Source of the DNA: Cenococcum geophilum | Lineage: Eukaryota | Reading direction: 5' to 3' | Length of the DNA stretch: 64,000 nucleotides | Assembly (NCBI GenBank): GCA_050273025.1 | Contig: CP158635.1 | Coordinates: forward strand, 16,368,001-16,432,000 | Shown here: positions 1-11,449 of the stretch, in pieces | How the letters are laid out: every line of letters begins with the position of its first letter | Numbering within the stretch: the stretch's first letter is position 1 | Made by a program: the position numbers and the translations under genes | The notes under the pieces: model-generated | What the model was told of the DNA's origin: nothing | Databases searched by the model: none | The model's input: the letters and a program-made list of their open reading frames with translations, nothing else

Positions 1-1467
1 AGAGGAGTATATTTAGTAATAAGGCCTTAATTAATCGCCCAACCCTATTCTCTTACGTCCTCCTATATTAGCTTATAGTTAACTTACTAATATACCTAGC
101 ACCAGTTACTTCCGCAGTTTTTGCAATATTATTACTATTAAGATACTTTTATAAAGCTTGTTTTAGGAATTATAGAGGGAGTAGTAATATTACTATTTAT
201 AGGCTATGATATTATTAGCAGAGAGCTCTATAAGGGTTTTAGAGCTAATTATAGAGCTAATTATAATGCTATAAAAGAACGGGCAGGAGTATAAGCAGCT
301 TATAGCTTAATTATCTTAATATATTCTAAAGTAAGTTTAACTTTAAGCCGCTTAACTAAGCCGTTATTGTAATTATAACACCCTTTTACTATCCTTAAGA
401 GTTCTTCTCCTAGATTAATCTAATTAATTATATAGCTTAGGTTAAGTTAAAACGTAGATTTAATAGAGTTTAATCACCTGGTAAGCTTTATAGTAGTATT
501 ATATAACTTCCTTTAGAAGGTATGGCTAGCGAACTTCTACTATAAAGCCTTATTAATTCTATAAAGAACTTTGCGATTATATATTACTAAAAGGCTAAGG
601 TAAGCCTTAGGAAATGTGTAAGCTAATATAGGAGTTAAGCGACTTGGCTTCGCAACCTTTGCTAATATAAGTAGGCGATATTTAAAGAAGGAGCCTCTGC
701 CTAAAGGCTTTACTATATTTTCCTTCTGCTCCGTTTAAAGCCTTAGAGCCTCCTTCTCTTCCTCCTCCTCCTCCTTTACCAAAACTTTAGATGTCGGAGT
801 CTCTAGTAATTAACGCCTCTTAGCGTACCGTTGACCTCGTAATATAGGGGGAGCTACATTTATACGCTATAGAGCTCTTACTATATTCCGTTCCTACAGT
901 AGATAAAAGTATTAAATTTCCTTATTAGTATGCTTTTTAGCAGCTACCGGGTTGCTTAGGATCTTATTAAGCTCGTTTGCGGTAAAATAGGCAGCCTATT
1001 ATAATGCATACTAGGTACTATAGTTAAGCTGCGTATTAAGTTAGCTACTATATATAGGTGGAAGATTTACAACCGTACTTATACTCGAGCTCTATATAAA
1101 AGGAGGTAGACAACTAATTATTAAGGGAGGCGGTACTGGTGACAATTAAAATTGCTAAGTAAGTGGGCGACTAGAGGGACTACCTGCAGAGGTAGGAGCA
1201 GGGCGTTTAGAGCTTATATTAATGAGAGAAAGAAGCTTTATAATACTACGACCTGGAACAGATATCACGACTTTTGGCGAGGGAGAGGAGTTTAGAATAG
1301 CTTTAAAATCGAGCTTAGAGCTCCGAATTCGAGGTGGGCCTTAGCTTAAGCCCCGGCCATGTACTACACCCCTTCCTGCTAGCTCTACATACTAATTTAG
1401 CTGCAGACGTAGCGAAATTAGGTGTGTGTGCTGCGCGCACACAGGGGGGGGGAGGTCGTACAGGCTG
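1..1467 (-). mobile_element. RIP-degraded DNA element, left end outside the window; ends in a CAG-type TIR and carries an unidentified ORF relic
   Basis: Ends GGGGGGGGAGGTCGTACAGGCTG|TA at 1467, resembling the termini of the neighbouring MITEs. A minus-strand frame over about 250-840 reads as a charged protein (EEEEEEKEAL) broken by TAA/TAG. No domain recognised. Confidence 0.35.
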
Positions 1468-1469
1468 TA

Positions 1470-1586
1470 TACGGCTTCGCTACAATTACTATGTACAGCT
1501 GGTGGCAACCAGGCGAAATTGGATGCGCGTAGCGAATCTGCAACTCGCTAAGGAGGGGGGGGTGAAGCTGGTCGTGCACATCACTG
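1470..1586 (+). mobile_element. MITE family M, right-arm fragment
   Basis: Matches the right TIR of the copy at 1589-2073. Ends GTGAAGCTGGTCGTGCACATCACTG and shares TA 1587-1588 with the next copy. Confidence 0.75.
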
Positions 1587-1588
1587 TA

Positions 1589-2073
1589 CAGCCTGTTGCA
1601 CGACCAGCTTCACCCCCCCCTTTAACGAGTGCTCCAAAATTTCAAATTCGGTACGCGCATCCAATCTCGCGAGTAATTGTAGCGAACGGCTGTGGCTACA
1701 CGCAAAGACCTTTTTGGTTGCCATGGAGAATCGCATTGGTTGGCCAGGAGAATCAAATTGAAGATGTACGCTTCCTGTTCTCCCCCTACGCCTGCCGTTG
1801 TGGCCGCCAAAACGCGAATACAACACTGTCTCTGCAGAGAGGTCGATGAAATTTGGCAGTGTCGTACGGGTGGAAACCTTACGACATTTAACAAAGATCA
1901 CGGCACTGCGGAGGAAGGCCTCCAGAAACAAAGTTCTTGCAGCCAAGCATATGGCTTCGCTACAATTACTACGTACAGCTGGTGGCAACCAGGCGAAATT
2001 GGATGCGCGTAGCGAATTTGAAATATCGCAGCGCTCGCCAAATGGGGGGTGAAGCTGGTCGTGCAACAGGCTG
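1589..2073 (+). mobile_element. MITE family M (Tc1/mariner-type, TA TSD), complete 485-bp copy
   Basis: TA|CAGCCTGTTGCACGACCAGCTTCACCCCCC ... GGGGGGTGAAGCTGGTCGTGCAACAGGCTG|TA. Imperfect TIRs of about 100-120 bp, non-coding. Confidence 0.9.
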
Positions 2074-2136
2074 TAGTAGGCTAAACATTAATAAAAACTA
2101 ATAAAATTTATATAGTATATAGATATTCTACAGATA

Positions 2137-3211
2137 CAGGGTTGTGTACGGCCAGCTTCACCCCCCCCTTTTAGCGAGCGCTGTGAGATTTCAAATTCGG
2201 TACTCGCATCCAATCTCGCTCGATTGCCACCAGCTGTACATAGTAATTGTAGCGAACGGCTGTGGCTGCACGCAAGGACCTTTTTGGTTGCCCTGGAGAA
2301 TTATTCTTGTTAGCTAGGAGAATTAAATCAAAACAATTTAGAACTTGCCTGACGTACGCTTCCTCTTTCTCCCTTTTTTGCCTACGCCTCCGCCAAAACG
2401 CAAATTCAACGCAGTCTCTGCAACTGCTGCTGAAATTTAGCAATATTGTATGGGTGGGAACCTTACAATATTGATAAAGATCACGACACTGCGGAAGAAG
2501 GCCGATCGCTAGAAGTAAAGTTGTTGCAGCCAAGCATACGGCTTCGCTACAATTACTATGTACGGAGGTAGCGGTCAAAAGTTCCTGGCCCCCCTGCGCC
2601 ACAAATTCGCCACCAATAAGCCACAAATGCGTTGTCTTGGCGTTCCTAATTAGGAAGGGTCACGACGGACCTTGTCAATAACTTCTCGAATCTTAGCAGA
2701 TATACGTTTAGTTAGGCGACCTGACCGAGGTGCATCTCTAAGGTAGATATCAAGAATTGTGCGGCTTTTGGCCTTGTTAAAGCCGCGATTCCGTGCTTCT
2801 TAGACGATCGATATATACGGGAGACGCTTATTCTGGTGGCGGCTTAAATATCGGCATTTATACTGCCACAAATCTTTATAGTAAGGGCCTAAGCCCTTAT
2901 ATAGATATAGTATTAGTTACCTATTATAAACAGTAAGATATAATAAGGATTTAATATATTTTAAAAGCTTATAGAGTATAATATTAAGTGGAGAGTCGCA
3001 ATCTCGCGGTGTGCGCCAAGCATCACTTACGCCACACTTACGCCACTAAAGGCTAGCGCACACCACCACGACAGGGGGGGGGGGCCAGGAACTTTTAACC
3101 GCTACCTCCGTACAGCTGGTGGCAATTGAGCGAGATTGGATGCGAGTACCGAATTTGAAATCTCACAGCGCTCGCTAAAGGGGGGGGTGAAGCTGGCCGT
3201 ACACAACCCTG
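2137..3211 (+). mobile_element. MITE family M copy interrupted by a Tc1 derivative
   Basis: CAGGGTTGTGTACGGCCAGCTTCACCCC at 2137 and its reverse complement ending at 3211. The interior is collinear with 1589-2073 once 2563-3112 is removed. Confidence 0.88.
2563..3110 (-). mobile_element. Internally deleted Tc1/mariner element (548 bp) retaining the N-terminal HTH of the transposase
   Basis: TIRs CGGAGGTAGCGGT(C/T)AAAAGTTCCTGGCCCCC, TA TSD at 2561-2562 and 3111-3112. The minus strand gives ...EARNRGF..KSRTILDIYLRDAPRSGRLTK..., like the DAPRSGRP motif of fungal Tc1-like transposases. Confidence 0.85.
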
Positions 3212-3258
3212 TCCCTTAAAAAAAAACATTTCGCTACGGTACGCGGGCCCGCTAAATC

Positions 3259-3683
3259 GCCACCAACTGTACATAGTAATTGTAGCGAAGCCGTATGCTT
3301 GGCTGCAAGAACCTGCGGATAGCGATCGGCCTTTCTCCGCAGTGTCGTGATCTTTGTCAAATATCGTGAGGTTTCCACCCATACGATATTGCCAAATCCA
3401 ATCGACATCTCTGCAGAGACAGCGTTGCACTCGCGTTTTGACGGCCACAGCGGGAGGGGTAGTTAAGGGGGAGAGGAAGAAGCTACGTCTTCAATTTGTT
3501 CTCCCGGCCAACCAAGGCGATTCTCCATGGCAACCAAAAAGGTCCTTGCGTGTAGCCACAGCCGTTCGCTACAATTACTTTGTACAGTTAGTGGCAGTCA
3601 GGCGAGATTGGATGCGCGTACCGAATTTAAAAATTTCGCAGCGCTCGCTAAAGAGGGGGGGAAGCTGGTCGTGCAATACACTA
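3259..3683 (-). mobile_element. MITE family M copy, inverted, one end truncated
   Basis: Reverse-complement match to the body of 1589-2073. Ends GGGGGGGAAGCTGGTCGTGCAATACACTA|TA. Confidence 0.8.
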
Positions 3684-3959
3684 TATAAACTTTTTTTAAA
3701 AAAAAAATAGTAATTTTAAAAAAATTTAACTTTAAAATTTTTTAGTAGTTTTTAACCCTTTTAAGTATAACCAAATTATTACTATATATAATTCTATAAT
3801 CTTATATAATATTTTATATAGGGAGGAGCTCTTACTGTACCCGGCCTAAAAAGACCAAAACTAACCAAAAGAACCCTAAAAATCACCTAGAGAATCCCCC
3901 TGAGATATATGCATCGCAGGGGAGGCATATATTAAACAACGGTAGTTTATACTCGCGCG

Positions 3960-5516
3960 CGACCGCCAGAACCACGCCTAGCAATAGCCCTCTATAATAA
4001 GAACGGGCGAATACCACACTATAAAGCGGAAATTCCTCTATTAAGAAAGCATCTAATAAAATATAAAGCCTATTAGACGCATTTAGTATCCGTAATTATA
4101 GGGGAGTAACTGTTAGCTATAACAAACTAATACAGCTAGTAGAATGGCTCTATTAGTCTAGCGAACCTTAGGCGCCCCTTTAGTAAACCCTTAATTAAAT
4201 CCTCTAATAGCTAAGTAAAATTAAAAATAAATAAAATCCCTCCTTACCGGCGAACCGCACCTAGGCCGCTATAGCTGCGCTTCTATAGTATAGGAAACCT
4301 ACCCCCCTTAAGATAATAACCGGGTATATAATTATAATATAACCAAATATAGAAAAAGCAAAGGGGCTTAAGGGACTATTAGAAACAGAAGTTCTTATAG
4401 AAATTTATAAAGAGGTCTATAACGCTATTATAGTCTAATACCTTAGGAGCGGAGACATTAGAGTCACCCTAAGGGACTAATAGGTAAAAGAGTAAGCCGT
4501 AAGGGTAGGGGATAGGCTAGAAAAACATATTGGCATAAAGGTGCTCCGCGAAGATTACCTAGTTAAAGTCCTAGCGGTTCCTATAAGCCTTAGGGTAAAA
4601 AAGAGACACTAGGCGGACAACACAGTAACTATATATAAGATAGTAAAATAAACGGAACGCCTTATACTAGGTCTTGAGATTACCTAAATCTAATAGCTTT
4701 AATAGGAAAATGCAAACTAAGTATATAATAAGAATAATAAGAGGATATAAGGGTCGCTAGAGACTTACTAGGGAGACGCTAGTTAAACGCATGGCTCTCT
4801 TATTATCAGCGTATACACACTAGAAATGCAAAAACTTTTTATCTAAAAAGAAATAATTATAAATAGCCTTATATATAACACAAGGCTCTATAACTATAGA
4901 TTATACCTAAAATAATGCTATCGCTGTATATAATAGGGACATACCTAAACCACATACGCAGTATAGGTGTGCTGCGGCCACTGTATAGGCCCCTATAATA
5001 TAAGACACTGCTTAAACTAAGACTAAACAAAATACGTAAACTGCCACTAAAGCATATATAAGGCGTAGGAGAGAGAAGACTGCATTAAATATAGGAGACG
5101 GAAGGTAAGGGCTTAATAGCTGCAGGAATAACTATACGCTAGGTTATATAAATGGAAATAATAGGCAATAAGCTAGGGGGACGCAGGTGCCTTCCTATTA
5201 TTTTCTACCTTTAATACTGGGGAGCTAGGCCAGCTATCCTAAGCCTTAACGGGCTAAAAGCGATGCCGCGCGACATTACTAGACTAAATAGGGACTTAAG
5301 GGTTATAGGGGATATAAGGGAGAGGACGCCCTATAGGAAGACCCTTATGGACAGCTATAGTAAGCTTAAGACCAGAACAATTAAGAATTAGACTTAACGC
5401 GGCAAATATAACATTTGTAGCCAGCCTATAAAGGGCTTATAGCTAACTAGTAAGACTAGGGGAAGAACCAGAGTTAATAACAGATTTAGACTTAGAAGCG
5501 CTAGTAGGAACATAAA
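3960..5516 (+). pseudogene. LINE A1 ORF1 (gag-like, CCHC knuckles) relic; boundaries approximate
   Basis: CYRCI**GH at about 4916, CCGHCIGPY at about 4970 and YVNCH*KHI at about 5035, with many RIP stops. Confidence 0.8.
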
Positions 5517-5659
5517 ACATAGGAATAGAAAGCTCTATATAAAATAAGTAGCGACTAAGGTATAGATATAAGAGATAGAAGTCCTAAATATCCTAGAGAA
5601 AGTAAAAACAGAAGAAGTAAGGAATAAAGGAGAGACAAAGGACCCTTACTAGGGGTCCG

Positions 5660-8600
5660 CTACCTATCTATTATATAGTATAACTACGGCAATACAAACC
5701 ACCGCCTTGTAAGGCCCCTACTAGACAGTCTAGACCTAGAGAAATACTATATTCTTGCTATATAAGAGCCGTATTACAATACCTATATATAATTAACATA
5801 CTGCCCCTAAGGATTCCAGCTCCTATACGAACTAAAAGCAGCCATATACGTGTGCTTTATAATTAGTAAGGCTATTAGCCTATCCTTATAGTTATAGTAG
5901 GCAGTTAACCTAGATATTACAGTTATAATAATTCAGACATATAGGGGACCGGTATAAATTATTAATATATATAACCTAAGGGTCGAAGGGGTCCCATAAA
6001 TAGAGAACATTATATTAGTAATAAGCTTACTAGAAGCTAAAGGCACAGAGTCTATCCTATTAGGAGATATAAACCTCTACCACCCGCGGTAGGGGGGTAT
6101 CTATATTACTGCTAAATAACAAGCAGAGTGCTTACTAAAAGCTATAGATATTAGGGGCCTTAAGCTAGCCACCCCCCTAGGAGCAATTATATAGCAACAA
6201 GGCACCGCCAGAAGTACAATTAACCTTATATTTATAGACGAAGGCCTATACTAGAGACTTAAAAGGTATAACCCTAAAGAAGAATAGGTACTTGCTATAA
6301 ACCATATCCCTATCTAGATACAGCTAGATCTAGATATTAAGGCGCAACTAAATAGTAAAAGATACGCAATAAGGAAGCTTAAGATAGACAGTTTCCTTAA
6401 TACAGTTAAACAACAACTTTAAGACCTAAAAGAAATCCACCCAATACCAAATAAGTGAGGCTTATTAGCTACCCCAGAGGAAATTAACTAAAGACTAGAA
6501 AGGATCTAGGCAACAATTAAAAATGGGCTAGAAAAGCACTGCCCGGTCTTATAACTAGGCCCCTATACGCGATATATATAGTCCGCACAATACGCGGTTC
6601 TTATTACCAGCTAATAATAAATAAGAAGGAAATATATAAGCAGCTATAACCCTAAAGACGAGAGACAATATAAAGACACAAGAAACTAGTTAAAGAATAC
6701 CCTAAAAAAAGAAGTAAGGAATAGCTGGAGACGGTTTATAAACAAGTATACTACTAACCTAAGCCTCCCCTATAATAAGGGCCTTTAGGCTATAGCGAAA
6801 TGGGCAAAAAAAAAGGTAGGGCGCCTAGTAGAAGACCTATACCTACTACCCCTATAAAGAGCAGGGGAAGTATAGGCTACTAACAACAACAATAAGAAGG
6901 CAAAGATCCTTATAGAAAGGTTCTTCCCCTAACCAGCTCTAGCAGACCTTAGTAACATTATAGGTAAAACACTAGTAACACGCCTACGGGTCAACAGCGA
7001 TATAATAATAGAGGAAATGGCCAGAACTATTAGCCGCCTTTTAAATAACATAGTACTAGGACTAGATAGAATTCCAAATAAGGCCTTAAAGTCCTATAGA
7101 CCACTTATAGCACCTTAGCTTATAGATATAGCCAGAGCATGCTTTGCTATAAGCTACTACTTATAACTCAGAAGATCCATAATAACGGTTATCCTATAAA
7201 AAGAAGGCAAAGCAGATTACTTAATCCCAGAAAGCTACCGCCCTATCGCCTTAGAAAACACCCTTAGTAAGATTCTAGAAAGGGTAATTGTGGACTATAT
7301 AGTAGACACGGCTAAGGAACACGCCCTACTACTATAAAGTTAAATAGGGGCAAGAAAGAACCGCTTAACACTATTAGCACTTACGCTACTCACTACCACC
7401 ATTAAATCTGCATGGGCGATGCGAAGGAACTTCGTAGTATTAATGCTTAGCTTAGATATTAGTGGTGCCTATAATAACGTACCCCATAAGCGCCTCCTAT
7501 ATATCCTTAGGGCAAAGGGCTTCTTAGAATAGATTATATAATTTATTTAAGGGTTTATAGGCCAGAAAGAAATATCTCTAGTCTTTAGCGGATACCAGAG
7601 CCCCCCTATTATAGTTATAATAGGAATACTATAAGGATCACCCCTCTCGCCTATACTCTTCCTTTTCTTTATAAGTAACCTACTTAACTCCTTTAAGGAA
7701 GGGGCGACCTAGGGGATAGGCTTTGTTAACGATACAAACCTAATTATATATAGCCTAATAGCCGCAGAGAATTATAGAACACTAGAGAAAGCCTATAACA
7801 CCTATATAGAATAGGCAAGATGATATAGAGTCTAATTCTCACTAGAGAAATACTAGCTAATCCACTTTATAAGAAAACGCAACCAATCTATAGATCTTTA
7901 GCATACAATTTATATTTAAGGCTTTAGGGGTTAACCAGTTTAAGGCCTAAGGGTATTAGGAGTATAGGTAGACAGTAAGCTCTAGTAGAGCGTATATACA
8001 TTATAAGCGGCCCATAAGGGCTAAGCATAGTATATCGCAATGTCTAGGATTGTTAATTCTATATGGGGTCCATGCTTTTAGAGGTCATGCCTACTATATA
8101 TAGTAGTTGTCCGGCCAACCATAACGTATAGATCTAGTATTTGGGCCATAGGAGAAACCAAGAAAGGCCCCCCTAAATTACTCCTTAAACCACTCTAAAA
8201 GGTCTAAATAGCTTACCTCTAAAGCATAATAGGTAGGTATAAGCGAACGGCTACAGCACTGCTTAAGAAGGAAGCTAATATCCCCCCCCTACAATTATAT
8301 ATTAAAGCCGCTGCAATATAAAGGGTATAAAGGGAGCACAACTTTAAGGTTATAAAGTATATTAAGACACACCTAAACAAACTATAGAGTAACCCTAGGG
8401 TGCCCTATAGGAGAGCAAACTAATAACCCCAAAGTAGGGAAGATATATTAGAGAAACAGATAGAGAAAATAGAAGAAGAATGGTGCTATGCTAGGGCCTA
8501 GGCCTATATAGAGGAGGAAGGGAGACGCGTAAGAGACTAGTAAAGATAACAGTAAGAGAGAGAAAGGAGCTAAAGTAGAGCATGAAAGAGTACTAGGAAA

Positions 8601-9105
8601 CCATCTACCGCAATATAATACTGGTTGGACTAATACTGGAGAGGTATATAGGAGTTAAAGGTACAAAGGCTGTCTTAAATAAGAGGAATCTAAGCCGTAG
8701 TATAGTTAACGCTATAGGGGGTAAACACCTAAGGGCTCTAAGAAGGCCTAATAAAGGTAGAAAATATAATAGTAACACTCCTAAGAACAGGAATAATAGG
8801 ACTAAAGATTGGCTCTACTAGGTGGGTGTCCTAGTAGGTAGCCTAAGATATAAATATAGTTGGCTAAGACAGACACCAAAACATATAATACTGTTGTGCC
8901 CCCTACGCATTAACCGAGAAGTAATGCTCTTAGTAGCTAGCATAGAGAACTATAATATACTACTCTTAATATAAAAAGGTCTTAAGGCGGTTACCTAGTA
9001 GCTTATTAGCTAAAATATATTAGACCAATTCCGGGTTATAAAGGAAATAGTAATAGAAGGTAAAGGGGCAAGTAGTAGGCGCCCCCTAATAACTCTATAA
9101 TAGTA
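5660..9105 (+). pseudogene. LINE A1 ORF2 (AP endonuclease and reverse transcriptase) relic; boundaries approximate
   Basis: LGDINLYHP (about 6060), SYRPIALENTLSK (about 7235), SLDISGAYNNV (about 7450), GSPLSPILF (about 7635) and GFVNDT (about 7720, degraded FVDD). Confidence 0.9.
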
Positions 9106-9516
9106 GAGTTAAGTTTACAATACTAGCGCGTCCATAGGCTTATTACGGCAGCAGTGGTTCCTAAAAAGGTTAAAAAGTAAGGTAGTAGAGCACTATAGGC
9201 GACTCGTAGGCGCTAAGTAGGCGAGCCCCAAAGGCGGGGAGATAGATCACGGGGTTTTCTCATTTTCTTAAATAGAGTTTTCTCCCCACATGTAAATAAG
9301 GAGTAGTCCATATGGGCCTAATAGGGATCTGAATCGGACGTTAAGCAATGAATAATAATATATAATTCTATAATATTAATATATAATAGCTTATAAGGGC
9401 TTATAAAATATAATTAGAAGGTTTTACTTATTAAAAATACTATAAGAATAAAGTAATTAGCTTAAAAAAATAACTTAATTCTAAAATTTTAAAGGTTTAT
9501 TATATTTTAATATGGC

Positions 9517-9556
<40 letters not shown>

Positions 9557-10804
9557 TATATATACTTGTTTTATATATATTATTAAGATTTAAGTATAAA
9601 AAGCTTTTATTTTATTTAGTATATATATAATACTTTCGAATTTTTAAAAAAATTCTAAAAATAAGAAATTAGCAAACTAATATATTACTATTAAGTAAAT
9701 AAACTAATAATTTATAATTTATAGTTACTAATACTTATATAATACTATATATATATATAAAATAAAATTTTCGTAGCTATATTGTAGAGTTTTTTATTAT
9801 ATAAGCTCGGACCCCTAGAACTTGGTTACCTCCTAAACTCAGTTACCTATACTACTTTAGAAGCTATTTACACTCAACAAAATCTAATTAATTATTTGCC
9901 CTTATATGCTATTTAGTATATTGGCTTCGGGCTTTCTATCTAGCGTATTTTAAAGCTTTAATTTTGGCCCCTTTACCCTTATTTTAGCTTTTTTTCTTCT
10001 GCCTCTACTATAGCTTTGTTAATTACATCTATATATTTTAGTATTATATTTAGATCTATTATTATCCATTTATATAATATTAGACTTTCAAGGTCTTTAA
10101 GTTATAATTATAAGCTTTATATTTAAGCGCCTATATATATAGCCTTTATAATAACTCTCTAAAGTTGTTAACTTATTTTTTATAAAAGTAACTAAGTCTT
10201 TTAATTAAGTATATACTTATTATAAAGGCCTTAAGCTATATAATATATATTATAAGGCTTCTTTAGAGTTATTATATTATTAAATTAATTACTATTGGCT
10301 TTTTTAAAGCTTAACCCTTTTATTAAAGCCCTATTTTTTACTTAAAAATATTTAAAGCCTTTATATAGACTTTATAAATAAATACTAAAGATATACTGCC
10401 TAAAATTGTTTTTTTTAATTATAAGGCATTTTTTTAGGTCTTATAGTAATACTTAATAAAATAGTACTTCTTAATTAGAGCTATATTACTAAGATATATA
10501 TACTTTATAATTTACTTAAAATATTTTAACTTAATAAAGGAGATTTAAAATAGATTTAAAGGTTGTTATATTAAATAAAGTAGCAAAAAAGGAGCTATAT
10601 ATTATATATTATATATTTTATTAAAAACTTAACTATATAATGGCTTATATAGCTATTAAAGCAGTATAATTAAGCTTTATTACTAAAAGAAAATAGTTTT
10701 AAGTATAAAATCTTTTAATGAATTGCCTAAATATAATACAATTAGCTATTTAAGTATTCTCTTAGGCCATATATATTTAATAAAATACTTTACCTTAATA
10801 TACT

Positions 10805-11075
10805 TGTATAATTACAGCACCTGTTATACTAACCGCGTGCTTACGCGGTCGGTACACCAGGTACGCGTTTACGCGTTTAGTGTACTAACCACTCGCTTAC
10901 GCGCCTGGTGCACTTATAAAGCACTAACTAATTAGGGGGGAGGTGCATCAGTATATAGACTACGTAGTCTGCTTTATATAATCAATAGTTACTATCATCC
11001 AAAAGAGCATACAATACTATATATATTTCGTGCCCCTAGATCTAACTCACTTGTGCTATTAAATTGGTACGAATA
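10805..11075 (+). repeat. Copia 5' LTR
   Basis: Direct repeat of 16940-17210, differing by transitions. Confidence 0.95.
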
Positions 11076-11449
11076 CTGATTAGTAAGCGCGCACAGATTA
11101 GCAATTACTTAATACCTCCCCTAAGCGATACTTGACAGCGACCACCCGTTTAGACTCCTAGTACAACCTACTAGAAGGTTGGAAGTTGGGGATTACAGAC
11201 TATTACTAACTCTGTATACTTATTTAAGTCTTAGTATAGTTTACTAGAAGTTTATAAACGTAAATATAGACCTTTACAGAACCCCTATCCTTAACCCCCT
11301 TAAACCTTAAACCTTTTCGGACTTTATAGAAACCTCTTACCCTTCTATAAACCGTTATAGACCCATTAATTGCCTTTACGGACCACTATAAGACCTCTTC
11401 CACCCGCTATATACTATATAGTATAGTAGATATTAGCAAGTAAGTTAGC

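Larger units (their letters stand above)
3801..9357 (+). mobile_element. Tad1-like LINE family A, copy 1, full length, RIP-inactivated
   Basis: 17-bp TSD ATATATAATTCTATAAT (3784-3800 / 9358-9374), (AAT)n tail, ORF1 zinc knuckles and ORF2 APE and RT relics. Collinear with the copies at 25.9 kb and 57.1 kb. Confidence 0.93.

Noticed and set aside
1334..3710. Ten overlapping ORFs of 70-171 aa
   Set aside because: They lie on non-coding MITE copies and their frames are not conserved between copies.
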